Assembly (NCBI GenBank): GCA_965247995.1
Contig: OZ252041.1
Coordinates: forward strand, 494,197 to 558,196
DNA: 64,000 nt
Source of the DNA: Dehalococcoidia bacterium
GTDB taxonomy: Bacteria; Chloroflexota; Dehalococcoidia; UBA6926
Direction: 5' to 3'
Below the pieces are notes generated by a model that made no database searches, was not told where the DNA came from, and saw only the letters and a program-made list of their open reading frames with translations. Positions 51,010-60,048 of the stretch are shown here, piece after piece (positions within the stretch are counted from its first letter, which is position 1; the number at the start of each line of letters is the position of its first letter). The position numbers and the translations under genes are program-made.

Positions 51010-51076
51010 CGCTGCTCCCCGCCACGTACCCGGCTCACCCGGGCGGGCTGACGCCACTTCCCTCAAGGAGGGTCTC

Positions 51077-52264
51077 ATGGACTTCCAGTTTGCGCCCGAA
51101 GATGAAGCGTTCCGACAGGAGGTCCGTGACTTCGTCCGCTCCGAATGGGACCCAAAGGGCCACGACGTCGTCGGGGCCTCAATCGCCTCCTACGATCTCC
51201 ACACCCATGAGGCCATCGAGCTCGTCAAACAGTGGCAGAAGAAGTTGGCCGACAAGGGTTGGTGGACGCTCCACTGGCCTACCGAGTTCGGCGGGATGGC
51301 AGCCCCCATCAGCCGCCAACTCGTCTACCGCGAAGAGTTATCGTACTGGGGAGCCCCCGCGACCGGCGCAAGCGACCTCGTCAGCCCGGTGCTGATGTTC
51401 CACGGCAACGATTGGCACAAGCAGGAGTTACTCCCGCACTACGCCACCGCGGAGATTGAGTTCTGCCGCCTGTTGTCAGAGCCCGGCTCGGGTTCCGACC
51501 TCGCCTCCGTCACGACGAAGGCCGTCCGCGACGGCGATGACTTCGTCGTCTCCGGTCAGAAGATCTGGACCAGCATGGCGGAGATGGCGGACTACGGGCA
51601 GGCCATCGTCCGCACCGATCCCGAGGCTGCCAAGCACCGCGGACTGACCTATCTGATCATCGACATGAAATCCCCCGGCATCGTCCTCCGACCGCTGCAC
51701 GACATGCTCGGGCAACGCCGGTGGAGCGAAGTCTTCCTCGACGAGGTCCGCGTGCCCGTTCGCAACATGGTCGGTGAGTTGAACCGTGGCTGGTACGCGA
51801 CGATGACCCACCTCAGCTTCGAACGGTCGAACATCGGCGGACCGGCCCGGATGCTCCGGTTCCTCGAGGAGTTCACCGATTGGGCCCGGACCGCGAAGGT
51901 GAACGGCACCCCGCTGCTGGACGACGTCCGGCTCCGCCACAAGCTCGCGGACTACCGGTTGCAGATCGAGGTCGCCCGCATGATTTCCTACCGCGTCGCC
52001 TGGATGCAGACCAAGGGCGAAATCCCGGTCAAGGAGTCCTCGATGACGAAGAACTGGGGCGACGTCCTCCATCAGGGCATCTACCGTGGCCTCGCGTCCG
52101 TCCTTGCCGACGCCGGACAACTCCGGCCCGAAGACCCCAAAGCCCCTGCGAACCGCTTCCTCGGCGTCAACGCCTTCCTCAGCACCGGTCTCAGCATCGG
52201 CGGTGGCACACGCGAGATCCAGAAGAACATCATCGCGCAGCGCGCCCTCGGCCTGCCACGCTGA
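51077..52264 (+). CDS. Acyl-CoA dehydrogenase family protein (paralogue A, subtype I)
   Basis: MDFQFAPEDEAFRQEVRDF...; LSEPGSGSDLAS; MTHLSFERS; C-terminus GGGTREIQKNIIAQRALGLPR; ATG behind an AAGGAGGG RBS. Confidence 0.8.
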   Translation: MDFQFAPEDEAFRQEVRDFVRSEWDPKGHDVVGASIASYDLHTHEAIELVKQWQKKLADKGWWTLHWPTEFGGMAAPISRQLVYREELSYWGAPATGASDLVSPVLMFHGNDWHKQELLPHYATAEIEFCRLLSEPGSGSDLASVTTKAVRDGDDFVVSGQKIWTSMAEMADYGQAIVRTDPEAAKHRGLTYLIIDMKSPGIVLRPLHDMLGQRRWSEVFLDEVRVPVRNMVGELNRGWYATMTHLSFERSNIGGPARMLRFLEEFTDWARTAKVNGTPLLDDVRLRHKLADYRLQIEVARMISYRVAWMQTKGEIPVKESSMTKNWGDVLHQGIYRGLASVLADAGQLRPEDPKAPANRFLGVNAFLSTGLSIGGGTREIQKNIIAQRALGLPR

Positions 52265-52289
52265 CCTACCTAGGGGAGAACAACCGAGC

Positions 52290-53495
52290 ATGGACTTCAC
52301 ATTCGGATCAGAGGACGAGGCCTTCCGACAGGAGGTCCGCGAGTTCATCCAACGAGAGTGGGACCCCAAGGACTTCAACAACGACCTCGGGGTCTTCGGC
52401 TACGACTTCGACAGCGCCGAGTACCGCGACCACAGCCGTGAGTTCACCAGGAAGCTCATCGAGAAGGGTTGGTACACCATGCACTGGCCCGAGGACTGGG
52501 GCGGCCAGGGCGCGCCGCTCTCGAAGCAGGTCGCCTACTCGGAGGAGTTGGCCATGGCCAGCGCCCCAGCCGGCACCCCAGGTGGCAACATCACCGGCGC
52601 CATCATGTTCCACGGCAGCGACTGGCTAAAGCAGGAGTTCCTGCCCAAGATGGCCGACGCCGAGATCAACTGGGCACAGGGGTTCTCGGAGCCCAATGCC
52701 GGTACCGACCTCGCAAGCCTCTCCACCCGCGCTGTTGAGGACGGCGACGACTTCGTCGTCACCGGACAGAAGATCTGGTCATCCGGCTCCCACTTTGCCA
52801 ACTGGTACCACGTCCTCGTTCGCACCGACCCCACCGCGCCCAAGCACCGCGGCATCTCCTACCTCGTCATGCAGATGAAGAACGACGACGGAAACCAGAT
52901 GCCCGGGATCACGCTCCGCCCCTTGTATGACATGTTCGGCCGCCGGCGCTGGAATGAGGTCTTCATGGACGAAGTCCGCGTTCCCAAGCGCTACATGATC
53001 GGCGAGGTCAACCGCGGCTGGTACGCCGCTATGACCACGCTCAACTTCGAGCGCGCCAGCGGCACCGGCGCCCGCAACATCGCTGTCTTCGAGAGCTTTA
53101 TCAAACTCGCCAAGCGGCTCAAGTTCAATGGCACGTCCGTGCTCGAAGACCCGATTGTTCGGAACAAGCTCGCCGATGTCCGCGTCCGGCTCGAGACGGC
53201 CCGCATGCTTGCCCTCCGGTTGGTCTGGCTCCAGTCCACCGGGGAGGTCCCACAGGCCGAGAGCGCAATCTCGAATTACTTCAGCTCGACCTTGAATAAG
53301 TTCCACTTCTGGCCGACGCTCGGCGAGATCATGGGCCCCTACCGCGCGCTGCTGAAGGGAGAGAAACGCTCACCCGACAACGGCGTTTACGGCACGAACT
53401 ATGCCCTCAGCATGGTCACCGGCTACGCCGGCGGCGGCGGCATCCTCCTCTCGCCCAACCTCATCGCACAGCGGGGTCTCGGCCTCCCGAGATAG
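52290..53495 (+). CDS. Acyl-CoA dehydrogenase family protein (paralogue B, subtype II)
   Basis: MDFTFGSEDEAFRQEVREF...; GFSEPNAGTDLAS; TTLNFERAS; C-terminus GGGGILLSPNLIAQRGLGLPR. Starts 25 nt after paralogue A, so likely co-transcribed. Confidence 0.8.
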   Translation: MDFTFGSEDEAFRQEVREFIQREWDPKDFNNDLGVFGYDFDSAEYRDHSREFTRKLIEKGWYTMHWPEDWGGQGAPLSKQVAYSEELAMASAPAGTPGGNITGAIMFHGSDWLKQEFLPKMADAEINWAQGFSEPNAGTDLASLSTRAVEDGDDFVVTGQKIWSSGSHFANWYHVLVRTDPTAPKHRGISYLVMQMKNDDGNQMPGITLRPLYDMFGRRRWNEVFMDEVRVPKRYMIGEVNRGWYAAMTTLNFERASGTGARNIAVFESFIKLAKRLKFNGTSVLEDPIVRNKLADVRVRLETARMLALRLVWLQSTGEVPQAESAISNYFSSTLNKFHFWPTLGEIMGPYRALLKGEKRSPDNGVYGTNYALSMVTGYAGGGGILLSPNLIAQRGLGLPR

Positions 53496-53704
53496 GTCCC
53501 TCCGCCGAGTTCCCTCTACAGGGAGTCTATGCGCCGCCCGTAGCCACATGCGCACGATCGAATCGCCGAGCAGGCGCAGCCAGTCGTCCCGCCCCCTGCC
53601 CGAGTCCGTCTCCGGACACGTGCCTTGCTGCACGACCGCCACCCACAGGCGTACGATGCTCCCAGCCCAACGACCCACGCTAAACGACCACGGAGGTTCG
53701 TGAC

Positions 53705-54904
53705 ATGGATTTCCGACTCTCAACCGAAGACGAGGCCTTCCGACAAGAGATTCGTGACTTCGTCCAACGCGAGTGGAACAACCACGGCTACGACCTCGTC
53801 AGCACCATGAACACGTCCTATCACCTCGACGACGTGGACGCGCTCAGCCTCCAGCACGACTTCGAAAAGAAGCTCGTCGATAAAGGCTGGTGGACCATGC
53901 ACTGGCCCACCGAGTTCGGTGGCCAGGCCGCCTCCGTCGAGCGGCAACTCGTCTACCGCGAGGAAATGGCTTACCGGGGCGCTCCGTCTTCCATGGGCGG
54001 AGGCCTCGTCGCACCCCTCCTCTGGCTCCACGGGACCGAGCGGCAGCGCAACCAGTTCCTCCCACAGCTTGCGAACGCAGACCTCGAGTTCGCTCAAGGG
54101 TTCAGTGAACCAAACGCCGGCTCCGACCTCGCCAACCTCCAGACCCGCGCCGTCAAAGACGGCGATGATTTCGTCATCAACGGCCAGAAGATCTGGACCT
54201 CCACCGCCCACCACCCCCTCGCCCACTGGGGCCACATGCTCGTCCGCACCGACCCAGACGCCGTCAAGCACCGCGGCATCTCGTACCTGTTCATCGACAT
54301 GCACAGCCCCGGCATTTCGCTCCGCCCTTTGTATGACATGCTCGGACGCCGGCGCTGGAGCGAGTGGTTTCTGGAGGACGTGCGCGTCCCCGCAGAAAAC
54401 CTTATCGGCGAGCTGAACCGCGGTTGGTACGCGGCCATGACCACCCTCAGCTTCGAGCGCGGCTCCGTCGACATCCCTGCCAGCCTCCTCCGAGGCCTCG
54501 AAATCATCACGGACTACCTCCACAAGACCCGCGTCGACGGCAAACGACTCACCGACGACCCGCTGGTCAAGAACACCCTCGCCGACCTACGGATCGACAT
54601 GGAACTCGGCCGCATGCTCGCCTACCGCGTCGCTTGGCTCCAGGCCAAAGGACAAGTGCCGGACATGGAACCGTCCATGGCCCGTGTGTGGGCTGGCGAA
54701 GCCACCCAGAAGGTCTACCGCACCGGCGCCCGCCTCATGCGCGACTTCGGGACCATCGTCCCCGGAGGCCCCAGACGCTGGTCGCCCCTCGGCGGCTTCT
54801 TTGGCGCAAACCACTACCTTTCCACCGGCCGCACCTTCGGCGGCGGCGCGAAAGAGATCCAGCGCAATATCATCGCCCAACGCGGACTCGGCCTCCCCAG
54901 GTAA
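53705..54904 (+). CDS. Acyl-CoA dehydrogenase family protein (paralogue C, subtype I)
   Basis: MDFRLSTEDEAFRQEIRDF...; TTLSFERGS; C-terminus GGGAKEIQRNIIAQRGLGLPR. Confidence 0.8.
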   Translation: MDFRLSTEDEAFRQEIRDFVQREWNNHGYDLVSTMNTSYHLDDVDALSLQHDFEKKLVDKGWWTMHWPTEFGGQAASVERQLVYREEMAYRGAPSSMGGGLVAPLLWLHGTERQRNQFLPQLANADLEFAQGFSEPNAGSDLANLQTRAVKDGDDFVINGQKIWTSTAHHPLAHWGHMLVRTDPDAVKHRGISYLFIDMHSPGISLRPLYDMLGRRRWSEWFLEDVRVPAENLIGELNRGWYAAMTTLSFERGSVDIPASLLRGLEIITDYLHKTRVDGKRLTDDPLVKNTLADLRIDMELGRMLAYRVAWLQAKGQVPDMEPSMARVWAGEATQKVYRTGARLMRDFGTIVPGGPRRWSPLGGFFGANHYLSTGRTFGGGAKEIQRNIIAQRGLGLPR

Positions 54905-55026
54905 CCCACGCGGCCCGAAACGCGAATCCCGTTACTCCTCTGGCCGCTGCGTTAGGCGTACTGAGTCTGGCTACTACCTGCGGCGACGCCGCAGGTTGCC
55001 GGCATCGTCCTAGGCGCGAGTGACAA

Positions 55027-55425
55027 TCACTCCCTGGCGTCCAGGCGGTCGATATTCCCTGGCCAGTCCAAAATCCGCCGGTCAGCGGTCAGGAGCAGGT
55101 GGCCCTCAAGAGCGGTCGCCACGATCAAACGGTCCGCAGGGTCGCGGTGAAAGTCCGGTAGCGCGGCGGCGCGGATCGCGATTTCGCCGCTGATGGCAAT
55201 CTCGACGAGACCTTCGCGCAACAGCGTCTGCCGCCATCGACTCACCTCTTCATCCAAAGCGATTCGATTCCGGTCTTTGAGCAGGCTCACCTCCCAGAAA
55301 GATATGGCCGACGCCGCCAGCTCATTTGCTCCGAGCGCACGGTCAAACTCCTGCTGGGCCAGGGGGCCCATTGTCCGGTCCCCAGTCCTTTGCCAGACCA
55401 AGATATGGGTATCAACGATCATCAC
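55027..55425 (-). CDS. vapC: PIN-domain toxin VapC
   Basis: 132 aa: MMIVDTHILVW...D...E...D acidic PIN triad pattern; 4-nt overlap with the upstream antitoxin. Confidence 0.7.
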   Translation of the reverse strand: MMIVDTHILVWQRTGDRTMGPLAQQEFDRALGANELAASAISFWEVSLLKDRNRIALDEEVSRWRQTLLREGLVEIAISGEIAIRAAALPDFHRDPADRLIVATALEGHLLLTADRRILDWPGNIDRLDARE

Positions 55426-55703
55426 GGGTTCAGCACGCGGTCAGGATCTGAATCGGCTTCCCATTCCACGTTAACGGGCGAGATGATGTCGCCAAGGATT
55501 TCGAGCTTGCCCCGGTCCCGCCCGAACCAGCTCACCGGCCTCTCCCGATGGGGCACCAGCTTCGCCACCGGGCGGCCGTTCTTCGTGATCACGATCTCGT
55601 CGCCACTCTCCGCCACCTCGTCCATGAGCTGAAGGCATTTGGCCTTGAACTCAGAGGCCTTCATGGTCCGGGGCCCGATTGGCTTGTCGGTCTTTGCTTC
55701 CAT
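55422..55703 (-). CDS. vapB: Phd/YefM-type antitoxin (VapB)
   Basis: MEAKTDKPIGPRTMKASEFKAKCLQLMDEVAESGDEIVITKNGRPVAKLVP matches the Phd/YefM fold consensus. Start at the internal ATG (AAGGA RBS); alternative start 55664. Confidence 0.6.
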   Translation of the reverse strand: MEAKTDKPIGPRTMKASEFKAKCLQLMDEVAESGDEIVITKNGRPVAKLVPHRERPVSWFGRDRGKLEILGDIISPVNVEWEADSDPDRVLNP

Positions 55704-55880
55704 GGTTGCGTCCTTAGGTTTGGATACATGTATCGTACCATGGTCACGACCATAGTCATTCACGCGGACCCAATAGACCTGAGCATGTGATTCCCACAAC
55801 CCCAGCCCCGCCAACCCCGACCCAATCAGATAAACTGCCGACGCGCACAACCCGTTGCGATACGACAGGGGGATTGACCC

Positions 55881-57095
55881 ATGGATTTCAAACTCACGAC
55901 AGAAGAAGAGACCTTCCGGCAGGAGGTCCGCCAGTTCATCAGCGATCACTGGGACCCAAAGGGCTTCGACGCCCACACCCTCAACGTCCGCGCCTACGAC
56001 TTCGATAACCCGGACTCCCGCGCCCACGACGACGAGTTCGTCAAGAAGCTCGTAGAAAAAGGCTGGTACACGATGTCCTGGCCCAAGGAATGGGGCGGCA
56101 TGGACGCCCCGATCGGCATCCAGATGGTCTACGGCCAGGAGCTCTCCTACGCCGGCGCACCCGCGGGCTCACCAAGCTCGAACATCACCGGCGCACTCAT
56201 GTTCCACGCCTCGGACGAGATGAAGAACTGGTTCCTCCCGCGCATGGCCCGGAACGAGGTCGATTGGGCCCAGGGCTTCTCCGAGCCCAACGCCGGCACC
56301 GACCTCGCTAGCCTCCAGACCCGTGCCGTCGAGGACGGCGACGACTTCGTCGTCACCGGACAGAAGATCTGGTCCTCCGGCTCCCACTTCGCCAACTGGT
56401 ACCACGTCCTCGTCCGCACGGACCCGTCAGCGCCCAAGCACCGCGGCATTTCCTACCTCGCCATGCAGCTCAAGGACGAGAACGGCAATCAGACGCCCGG
56501 CGTCACGCTCAGGCCCCTCTACGACTTCTTCGGCCGACGGCGCTGGAATGAGGTCTTCATGGACGAGGTCCGCGTCCCCAAGAGCCGCATGATCGGCGAA
56601 CTCAACCGCGGCTGGTACGCAGCCATGACCACCCTCAACTTCGAGCGCACGGGTGGCGCTGCCGCCTCCGCAGGGAGCCTCGGCGTCTTGGACCGGTTCG
56701 TGGCCACCATGCGCCGCACGAAGTTCCAGGGCGAATCCCCCCTCAAGGACCCGCTCGTCCGCCACAAGCTGGCCGATCTCCGCATTACGCTCGAGACCGA
56801 CCGCATGCTTGCGTACCGCGTCGCTTGGATGCAGGCCAAAGGCGAGGTGCCCCAGGCCGAAGGCGCGATCTCCGGATACCGCACCCAGCTGACCGCCAAG
56901 TTCCACACCTGGCCAACGCTGGCCAAGATCGTTGGCGACTACAGCGTCCTGCTGAAGGGCGAGAAGCGTGCGCCCGGTAACGGCATCTACGGCACCAACA
57001 ACGCGCTCGCCATGTCCATCGGGTTCGGCGGTGGTGGCGGCATCCTCCTTGGCCCCAACATCATCGCCCAGCGCGGATTGGGCTTGCCCCGCTAG
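55881..57095 (+). CDS. Acyl-CoA dehydrogenase family protein (paralogue D, subtype II)
   Basis: MDFKLTTEEETFRQEVRQF...; TTLNFERTG; C-terminus GGGGGILLGPNIIAQRGLGLPR. Confidence 0.8.
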   Translation: MDFKLTTEEETFRQEVRQFISDHWDPKGFDAHTLNVRAYDFDNPDSRAHDDEFVKKLVEKGWYTMSWPKEWGGMDAPIGIQMVYGQELSYAGAPAGSPSSNITGALMFHASDEMKNWFLPRMARNEVDWAQGFSEPNAGTDLASLQTRAVEDGDDFVVTGQKIWSSGSHFANWYHVLVRTDPSAPKHRGISYLAMQLKDENGNQTPGVTLRPLYDFFGRRRWNEVFMDEVRVPKSRMIGELNRGWYAAMTTLNFERTGGAAASAGSLGVLDRFVATMRRTKFQGESPLKDPLVRHKLADLRITLETDRMLAYRVAWMQAKGEVPQAEGAISGYRTQLTAKFHTWPTLAKIVGDYSVLLKGEKRAPGNGIYGTNNALAMSIGFGGGGGILLGPNIIAQRGLGLPR

Positions 57096-57126
57096 CCAAA
57101 CACCGCGTTCCAGATAGTTAGACAAA

Positions 57127-57160
57127 CGCCTCGGGGGCAATCCCGGGGCGCTTTGTTTTT
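57127..57160 (+). terminator. Rho-independent terminator after ACAD paralogue D
   Basis: CGCCTCGGG-GGCAAT-CCCGGGGCG hairpin (one G·U) followed by CTTTGTTTTT. Confidence 0.55.
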
Positions 57161-57328
57161 CCCGACCCGCGCGGTCCATATCCGATGGATCGAACAAATG
57201 GGGGACGCTGCGTTTTTGGGCCCGATCCTCGGGTCTGCTTTACGCACTATTGGCCCGATGCTATCGTGCGGTGTTCTCGCCACCGATCTGTTCGGACCCG
57301 AGCAGTATCTCGGGCAAGGGGGTATCAC

Positions 57329-58540
57329 GTGGACCTTCGTTTATCAGCAGAGGACGAGGCCTTCCGGCAAGAGTTGCGCGCTTTCCTTCAGTCCGAATGG
57401 GACCCAAAGGACTTCGACGCGTACTCCATGAACGTCTGGTCGTACGACTTCGACAATCCCGCCGCCCGTGACCACGCCCAGGACTTCCAACGCAAGCTCA
57501 TCGACAAGGGTTGGTGGCTCATGTCCTGGCCCAAGGAGTTCGGCGGTGAGGACGCCCCCATCAGCCGCCAGCTCGTCTACTCGGAAGAGATGGCCTATCA
57601 CAACGCTCCAGCCAGCCAACCCCAGGGAAACGTCGCCGGCGCGATCATGATCCACGGCACCGACTGGGCGAAAGAAACGTTCCTCACGGGCATGGCCGAC
57701 AACACCATCAATTGGGCCCAAGGCTTCTCGGAGCCGAACGCTGGGACCGACCTCGCAAACCTCCAGACACGAGGGGTCGAGGATGGCGACGACTTCGTCG
57801 TTACCGGACAGAAGATCTGGTCCTCCGGATCGCACTTCGCCAATTGGTACCATGTCCTCGTCCGCACGGACCCGTCGGCGCCCAAGCACCGCGGCATTAC
57901 TTACTTGATGATGCAGTTGAAGGACGATCAGGGCGACCAGATGCCCGGCATCACCCTCCGCCCGCTCTACGACATGCTCGGCCGCCGGCGTTGGAACGAG
58001 GTCTTCATGGATGAAGTCCGCGTGCCGAAACGCCAGATCATCGGTGAGGTGAACCGCGGCTGGTACGCCGCGATGACCACCCTGAACTTCGAACGCACCG
58101 GCATCGAGGGGGCGACGCGGCTCATCGGCGTCCTCGACCGCTTCATCGCCGTCATGCGCCGGACCAAGTTCAATGGCGAAAGCCCGTTGAGTGATCCCGT
58201 CCTCAGAAACCGCCTCGCCGACGCGCGCATCACGCTCGAGTCGGACCGCATGCTCGCCTACCGGGTCGCCGCCATGCAGGCCCGCGGAGAGGTGCCGGAG
58301 AAGGAAGGCATGATGTCCGGCCTCCGCGCCCTCCTCACCGCGAAGAACACCTTCTGGCCCGCGCTCGGCCACGCCATCGGCCCATACGCCGCCCTCCTGA
58401 AGGGGGAAAAGCGCGCGCCCGCGAATGGGATCTACGGCACGAACTACGCGCTGAGCATGACGACCGGATTCGGTGGCGGCGGCGGGATCCTGCTCTCACC
58501 AAACCTGATCGCCCAGCGGGGCCTCGGTCTACCGCGTTAA
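57329..58540 (+). CDS. Acyl-CoA dehydrogenase family protein (paralogue E, subtype II)
   Basis: GTG start behind an AAGGGGG RBS gives (M)DLRLSAEDEAFRQELRAF, homologous to the other N-termini; the track ORF starts earlier, at 57185. TTLNFERTG; C-terminus GGGGGILLSPNLIAQRGLGLPR. Confidence 0.75.
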   Translation: MDLRLSAEDEAFRQELRAFLQSEWDPKDFDAYSMNVWSYDFDNPAARDHAQDFQRKLIDKGWWLMSWPKEFGGEDAPISRQLVYSEEMAYHNAPASQPQGNVAGAIMIHGTDWAKETFLTGMADNTINWAQGFSEPNAGTDLANLQTRGVEDGDDFVVTGQKIWSSGSHFANWYHVLVRTDPSAPKHRGITYLMMQLKDDQGDQMPGITLRPLYDMLGRRRWNEVFMDEVRVPKRQIIGEVNRGWYAAMTTLNFERTGIEGATRLIGVLDRFIAVMRRTKFNGESPLSDPVLRNRLADARITLESDRMLAYRVAAMQARGEVPEKEGMMSGLRALLTAKNTFWPALGHAIGPYAALLKGEKRAPANGIYGTNYALSMTTGFGGGGGILLSPNLIAQRGLGLPR

Positions 58541-58566
58541 CGACGCCCCGAAGGAACCGACAACAT

Positions 58567-58596
58567 AAGACCCGAGGCATTTTCGCCTCGGGTCTT
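58567..58596. terminator. Bidirectional terminator between ACAD E and the HAD gene
   Basis: AAGACCCGAGGC-ATTTTC-GCCTCGGGTCTT perfect hairpin. Confidence 0.7.
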
Positions 58597-58601
58597 AGTC
58601 T

Positions 58602-58937
58602 TTAGATGTCCCGGGAACCGAGGTTGTCCCTGAACGCGGTCCAGTAGTTCGGGTGCACGTACTCGAACCCCACTTCAGCCGATAGGTGGTCGTCACCGTC
58701 GTTGTCGCTGATGTAGACAGGATGCTGCCCCGGGTGGGCCGCCTGTGCTTCCAGCAGGTTCTTCTTCCGGTCCACGCTCAGATACTCAGGGAACGGCGGG
58801 GGGTTCGGGCGCAGCGGGGACGGCGACACGATCACCACCCGATGGCCGGATGCCTCGAGCGCGTGCAACTCCTCGACCGGAATCGGGCCAATCCCGGAAA
58901 CCAACGTCCCATCAACATCGAAGCACAGTAAAGCCAT
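58602..58937 (-). CDS. Small HAD-superfamily phosphatase-like protein
   Basis: 111 aa; motif I FDVDGTLV and motif IV ISDNDGDD. Confidence 0.5.
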   Translation of the reverse strand: MALLCFDVDGTLVSGIGPIPVEELHALEASGHRVVIVSPSPLRPNPPPFPEYLSVDRKKNLLEAQAAHPGQHPVYISDNDGDDHLSAEVGFEYVHPNYWTAFRDNLGSRDI

Positions 58938-59139
58938 AGGTCAGCATCCCCTCACCGGATAATGAGATGAGTCTATCGCACCCGCGTGGGGACCCCGGCG
59001 GCCCGGTGGCACTGCGGTGTGGGATCTTCCTTCTCGCTCCGCGCCTGCTACCTGCCGCTATACTAATTCGACAAACGACGAAGAATCCATCAGGTCAGGC
59101 CTGGCATCATCCGGCCACGGTTAAGGGGGCATCGAAGCG

Positions 59140-59979
59140 ATGGCGACGGCAACAGCGGCACCAGTCCGCACGTTCACTCCAGAGCAGGTACAGCGGTACA
59201 GCCGCCATATCATCATGCCGCAGGTCGGGAGCATCGGACAGCGCAAGCTGATGGACGCCAGTGCGCTCGTCGTCGGCGCCGGAGGACTCGGATCGCCGCT
59301 CGCGATGTACTTGGCCGCCGCAGGCGTCGGCAAGCTCGGCATCGTCGACTTCGATGTCGTTGACATCACCAACCTGCAGCGCCAACTCCTCCACCGGAAC
59401 CAGGACGTGGGCCGGCCCAAGGTGGATTCCGCGGAGGACACCGTTCACGCGATCAACCCGGACGTCGAGGTCGTCAAGATCCCTATCCACCTCAACTCTT
59501 CCAACGTGATGGACATCATCAAGGACTACGACATGGTCATCGACGGGACGGACAACTTCCCGACCCGGTACATGATCAACGACGCCGCTGTTCTGGCGAG
59601 CAAGCCCGTGGTCCACGGCAGCATCTTCATGTTCGAGGGTCAGGCCACCACCTTCCTGCCTGGTGAGGGTTGCTACCGCTGCTTGTACCCAGCGCCCCCT
59701 CCGCCCGGCATGGTCCCTTCGTGCTCCGAAGCCGGTGTGCTGGGAGTCCTGCCCGGGATCGTCGGCAGCACCATGGCCATCGAGGCCATCAAGCTCGTGC
59801 TCGGCATCGGCAAGCCGCTCGTGAACCGGCTGCTCATGTTCGACGCGCTCGATATGGACTTCCGGACGGTCAAGATCCGCCGTGACCCAGAGTGCCCGAT
59901 CTGCGGGGATAATCCGACCATCGACGAGCTGATCGACTACGAGGCGTTCTGCGGGGTTCCCGCAATCGAACCCAGCTAG
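59140..59979 (+). CDS. MoeB/ThiF-family E1-like adenylyltransferase (sulfur-carrier activating enzyme, no rhodanese domain)
   Basis: RYSRHIIMPQVGSIGQRKLMDASALVVGAGGLGSP...; zinc motif CYRC...CPIC; 279 aa. Confidence 0.8.
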   Translation: MATATAAPVRTFTPEQVQRYSRHIIMPQVGSIGQRKLMDASALVVGAGGLGSPLAMYLAAAGVGKLGIVDFDVVDITNLQRQLLHRNQDVGRPKVDSAEDTVHAINPDVEVVKIPIHLNSSNVMDIIKDYDMVIDGTDNFPTRYMINDAAVLASKPVVHGSIFMFEGQATTFLPGEGCYRCLYPAPPPPGMVPSCSEAGVLGVLPGIVGSTMAIEAIKLVLGIGKPLVNRLLMFDALDMDFRTVKIRRDPECPICGDNPTIDELIDYEAFCGVPAIEPS

Positions 59980-60048
59980 CCGCGAGTCACGCGCTCTACC
60001 CCCGGCTGCGTACACGGCCCTTCGCGAACCTCTGAGCGGCGAGGCGTT

